Origin: Rebecca billardiae RCC1528
Lineage: Eukaryota > Protista > Haptophyta
Length of the DNA: 64,000 bases
Reading direction: 5' to 3'
NCBI GenBank assembly: GCA_965240325.2
Contig: OZ251225.1
Coordinates: 558,001 to 622,000, forward strand
In this document: piece by piece, positions 59,400-64,000 of the stretch
How positions within the stretch are numbered: position 1 is the first letter of the stretch
How the letters are laid out: each line of letters begins with the position of its first letter
Translations under genes and position numbers: made by a program
Notes under the pieces: generated by a model
What the model saw: only the letters and a program-made list of their open reading frames with translations
Databases searched by the model: none
What the model was told of the DNA's origin: nothing

Positions 59400-62020
59400 G
59401 CCGGCCTGGCCGTGGCACCTCCCTGCTGCTACCACCGCATGCGGCGCGAAGCCTCCGGAGCGCAGCTGCTGCCAGGCCTGCCAGCTGCAGCCGTGCAGCG
59501 GCGCCGGGGCGCGGGCGCAGCGGGCATCGGATGGCAGAGGCTCGAGCGCGCTACGGAACGAGGCGAGCGGCTACACCGCGCTCGGTGCGTCCAGCGCCCA
59601 CGCCTCTCGGGTGGGCACTGCCAAGCTTTCAGCTGCTGCGGCCGCCCGCCGTGGCACCATCCCTGCTGCTGCTGCCGCACGCGGCGCGGAGTCGAGCGCT
59701 GCTGCTGCTGCCCTGGCCGGGCGCGGGCGCAGCAGCACCGGATGGCAGCGGCTCCAGCGCTATGGGCGAGGCGAGCAGCGGCACCGCGCTCGGTGCGTCC
59801 AGCGCCCACGCCCCTCGGGCGTGCACCGCCGAGCTGCCGGCTGCAGCAACCGCAGCCGCCCGCCGTGCCACCATCCCTGCTGCTGCTGCCGCACGCGGTG
59901 CGGAGTCGAGCGCAGCCGCTGCTGCCCAAGCTGGGCGCGGGCGCAGCAGCGTCGGATGGCAGCGGCTCCAGCGCCATGGGCGAGGCGAGCAGCGGCACCG
60001 CGCTCGGTGCGCCCAGCGCCCAGGCCCCTCGGGCGTGCGCTGCCGAGCTTCCAGCTGCGTCGACCGCCGCCGCCCGCCGTGGCACCATCCCTGCTGCTGC
60101 CGTCGCACGCGGCGCGGAGTCAGGCGCGGCTGCTGCTGCCCAAGCTGGGCGCGGGTGCAGCAGCATCGGATGGCAGCGGCTCCAGCGCGCTGCGGGAGGC
60201 GAGCGGCGATGGCGCGCTCAGCGCGTCCGCAGCACAAGCCCCTCGGGCGTGCGCCGCCGAGCTTCCAGCTGCGTCGACCGCCGCCGCCCGCCGTGGCACC
60301 ATCCCTGCTGCTGCCGCCGCACGCGGCGCGGAGTCAGGCGCGGCTGCTGCTGCCCAAGCTGGGCGCGGGTGCAGCAGCATCGGATGGCAGCGGCTCGAGC
60401 GCGCTGCGGGAGGCCAGCGGGGACACCGCGCTCGGTGCGTCCAACGACCAGGCCCCTCGGGCGCACACCGCCGAGCTTTCAGCTCCGTCGACCGCCGCCG
60501 CCCGCCGTGGCACCATCCCTGCTGCTGCCGCCGCACTCTGCGCGGAGTCGAGCGCAGCTGCTGCTGCCCAAGCTGGGCGCAAGCGCAGCAGCGTCGGATG
60601 GCAGGGCTCCAGCGCGCTGCGGGAGGCGAGCGGCGATGGCGCGCTCAGCGCGTCTGCAGCCCAGGCCCCTCGGGCGTGCGCCGCCGAGCTGCCGGCTGCA
60701 GCAACCGCCGCCGCCCACAGTGGCACCATCCCTGCTGCTGCTGCCGCACGCGGCGCGGAGTCGAGCGCCGCTGCTGCTGCTGCCCCAGCTGGGCGTGGGC
60801 GCACCAGCACCGGATGGCAGCGGCTCGAGCGCCATGGGCGAGGCGAGCAGTGGCACCGCGCTCGGTGCGTCCAGCGCCCACGCCCCTCGGGCGCACACCG
60901 CCGAGCTTTCAGCTCCAGCGACCCACGCCGCCCGCCGTGGCACCATCCCTGCTGCTGCCCCCGCACTCGGCGCGGAGTCGAGCGCAGCCGCTGCTGCCCA
61001 AGCTTGGCGCGGGCGCAGCAGCGTCGGATGGCAGAGGCTCGAGCGCCATGGGCGAGGCGAGCAGCGGCACCGCGTTCGGTGCGCCCAGCGCCCAGGCCCC
61101 TCGGGCGCACACAGCCGAGCTTTCAGCTCCAGCGACCGCCGCCGCCCACCGTGGCACCATCCCTGCTGCTGCTGCCGCACGCGGCGCGGAGTCTAGCGCA
61201 GCCGCTGCTGCCCAAGCTTGGCGCGGGCGCAGCAGCGTCGGATCGCAGCGGCTCGAGCGCCATGGGCGAGGCGAGCAGCGGCACCGCGTTCGGTGCGCCC
61301 ACCACCCAGGCCCCTCGGGCGCACACCGCCGAGCTTTCAGCTCTAGCGACCGTCGTCGCCCACCGTAGCACCATCCCTGCTGCTGCCGCCGCACGCGGCG
61401 CGGAGTCGAGCGCAGCCGCTGCTGCCCAAGCTGGGCGCGGGCGCAGCAGCGTCGGATGGCAGCGGCTCCAGCGCGCTGCGGGAGGCGAGCAGTGACACCG
61501 CGCTCGGTGCATCCAATGCCCGGGCCCCTCGGGCGCGCACCGCCGAGCTGACAGCTGCGCCGACCCACGCCGCCCGCCATGGCACCATCCCTGCTGCTGC
61601 AGCCAATGCGGCGCGGAGTCAAGTGCAGCTGCAGCTGGGCCCCAGCTGGGCGCGGGCACAGCAGCACCAGATGGCAGCGGCTCCAGCGCGCTGGGCAGTG
61701 CCGTGGTCGTGTGGAGCAATGTCACCGCGCTCGGCGCGTCCATCGACGAGGCCCCTCGAGCGAGCGACACCGAGCTGTCATCTGCGGCGAAAGCCGTCAT
61801 CCGCCGCGGGACCATTCCAGCAGCTGCTGCCGCATGCAGCGCAGACTCGAGCGTGGCTGCCGCTGGTGTTGGCGGCCCGGATGGGCGCGGGTGCAGCATC
61901 ATCAGGTGCCCGCGACCCCATCGCGGCGGGCGCGATGGGCCAGGTCGCTGCGTTTGGCGCGCCATTGCCCAGGCCGTTCAAGCGAGCACCACCGAGCTGT
62001 TAGTTGGAGCAACTGCTGCC
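59400..62020 (+). repeat. Tandem array of the same ~214-bp unit in opposite orientation (~12 copies)
   Basis: caccatccctgctgctgc recurs about every 214 bp from ~59655 to ~61585, degenerate outer units. Confidence 0.95.
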
Positions 62021-62227
62021 GCCCGTCATGATACTGTACGTACTGCTGCTGCAGCATCAACAGCGCCGCTGTTACCAGCAGCGCTGCGCTCGTGTATCCG
62101 AAGCAGCACCGCATTGATGGTCCTGCGGTCTGAGTAGGGGAGTATGCCAGTAGCTCGCATGTACCTGGAGTGCAGTCCATGCCTGTACTGCCTCGCCGAG
62201 TACTACTAGAGTAGTAGGACCTCATGT

Positions 62228-62805
62228 GCTCACGCAGCTGAGCCGCTGCCGTCTCCTTGCTGTGACGCGCAGAGCAAGTCGAGGAGTGTCTGGCGACCAC
62301 CGGTGCCAGTGCTGCGCCGACAGGTATATGCCCACCACCCGGCCGCGCCCGTAGCATGGGCGATGGTAAGATGAGTGGCAGCACAGCGCACAGCTACGAG
62401 CAAGGTTGATGTGCGACGGTGTGGAGGCACGCGTGCTCGCGGCATGCTCCGAGCCCCGTGCTGCGTGCCCCCTGCTGCTTCTCGCCCTTGGTCATCTCCT
62501 CGTCGATGCCCTCCTCCCCCGTACGCGTGAGCTCCGCGACGCCATCGGGCCAGCCTACCAACGAACAGTGGGCGTGGCGCCCTGCTGACGGCTGGCTGCC
62601 ATCGCAAGCCATGCACGCCTGCACACGGCAACAGGGCCGTTTGCGCCCTGTTGCCGTGTGCACGGCCACAGCGGGCCGGTGCACACGGCAACAGCAGTGC
62701 GAAACCCCCTGAGGGTGACCCCTTTTGCGCCCCAGTGTGCACACGACAACAGGGCGCAAACGCCCCTGTTGCCGTGTGCAGTCGCCAGTGGCAAACGCCA
62801 AACCT
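62228..62805 (-). repeat. Right arm of long inverted repeat (partner 56202-56779)
   Basis: See left arm. Confidence 0.95.
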
Positions 62806-63159
62806 GGCTGGCACAGGAGGGGCACACCCGCGGGCCAGGCTGACGGTCGAGGTGCCACGCGGGCACCGCGGGGCTGCGACGGAGGGTGTGGACCGTCGGG
62901 GTAGTGTGTGAGCAGGATGCTCATCACGTCCTGCCGCCTGCAACTGTCGACGACGTCCGTCCTCCACCTGCACCTCGCGACGGTGCGGCCGGCCACCGAT
63001 CTTTCTGTAACGCTCGACGAGTCGGATCCGCACGACGGGCGTCGCCTGCAACTGATCACAGCCGCCATCCTGCCCGGGGCTCAGGAGGCGCGCGCTTGGT
63101 GCGTGTCCTGTGCGGTTCACCTAGCTACCTGCCCCGGCGGTTGCAACTCTCTACATCTC

Positions 63160-63880
63160 TCGACGGTGGCGCGCCAATCCGCGTTGCTACGTCGACTGGA
63201 TCTGCGCCACCAGGCGTTGCCTGCGCAGCTATTTACGGCCGTCCACCAGCCCTACCGAGTCCGAGGCTCGATAGGCGCGCACGCTTGCTGCATGCCGTGC
63301 CCTGCGCGGTTGTCACCTGGCTGCCCGCGCCCCTGCTGCCGCAACTCTCGACGGCGGTGCGCCGATCAGTCAGTTGCTCGACTGGATCTGCGCACCGGGC
63401 CGTCGTCTGCAACTGTTCACGGCCGTCCACCAGCCTCCAGGCCGAGGCCCAGTGGGAGCACGCGCTTGATGCGTGCCCTGTGCGGTTGTCACCTGGCTGC
63501 CTGCCCCTGCTGCTGCAAGTCTCGACGGCGGCGCGCCGATCAGTGTTGCTCGACTGGATCTGCGCACCGGGCCGTCGTCTGCAACTGTTCACGGCCGTCC
63601 ACCAGCCTCCTGTCCGAGGCCCAGTGGGAGCACGCGCTTGATGCGTGCCCTGTGCGGTTGTCACCTGGCTGCCTGCCCCTGCTGCTGCAAGTCTCGACGG
63701 CGGCGCGCCGATCAGTGTTGCTCAACTGGATCTGCGCACCCGGGGCGTCGCCTGCAGCTGTTCGCGGCACCTCGCACGGCCGTCCGCCAATGATGGTCCT
63801 ACTACAATCATCAGAGCGGTTCAGTGACTCACTGTAGTGACAGCCCGGGCGCGCGCTTGATGCGTGCCCTGCGCAGTTGT
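63160..63880 (+). repeat. Tandem repeat of ~182-bp units (~4 copies)
   Basis: actggatctgcgc at ~63195, 63381, 63553, 63725 and shared tcgacggcgg.gcgccgatcagt and gatgcgtgccctg blocks; spacing about 172-186 bp. Confidence 0.85.
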
Positions 63881-64000
63881 CAGTTGTCACCGCACCGCAC
63901 GGGCAGGCTGCCACCGGCCCCGCCCCGCAGCGTCAGCAGCACCGTAGCGGGACCGTGGCACCGCAGCTCGGCCTCATCGGACGACCAGCGGTGAGTGTCA

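Noticed and set aside
62908-63837. 309-aa ORF that could be a repeat protein
   Set aside because: The repeat units shift frame between copies and no conserved protein motif is recognisable.

Overview
Very GC-rich eukaryotic nuclear DNA with short spliceosomal introns (GTGCG...YGCAG), compact head-to-head gene pairs, and AT-richer intergenic tracts full of transposon debris and microsatellites. The gene content (ciliary TMEM237-like and dynein-type thioredoxin, signal-peptide LETM1-like protein, EsV-1-7 repeats) suggests a flagellated alga with a complex plastid, plausibly a haptophyte; this is inference. About 17 supportable genes: CaMKK-like kinase (partial), EEP-family enzyme, putative glycosyltransferase, SLC5 sodium:solute symporter, DUF1349 protein, second Ser/Thr kinase, EsV-1-7 repeat protein, stand-alone PAH protein, MA3/PDCD4-like protein, thioredoxin-like protein, low-complexity protein, TRPM2-like channel with an intact Nudix domain, WDR18/IPI3, TMEM237-like, two tandem F-box-RCC1 paralogues, LETM1-like, Myb/zinc-knuckle factor and a WDR76/Cmr1 homologue. 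Most notable: (1) the F-box-RCC1 pair differs in every ligand-face loop while the scaffold is conserved, like a diversifying recognition family; (2) a TRPM2 chanzyme-type gene with a NUDT9-like REFSEE Nudix box; (3) a 6.6-kb foldback-like inverted structure with 214-bp tandem arrays; (4) two TSD-bounded non-autonomous DNA transposons and Tc1/mariner-type excision footprints. Many long ORFs in the supplied track are antisense or off-frame shadows caused by high GC.
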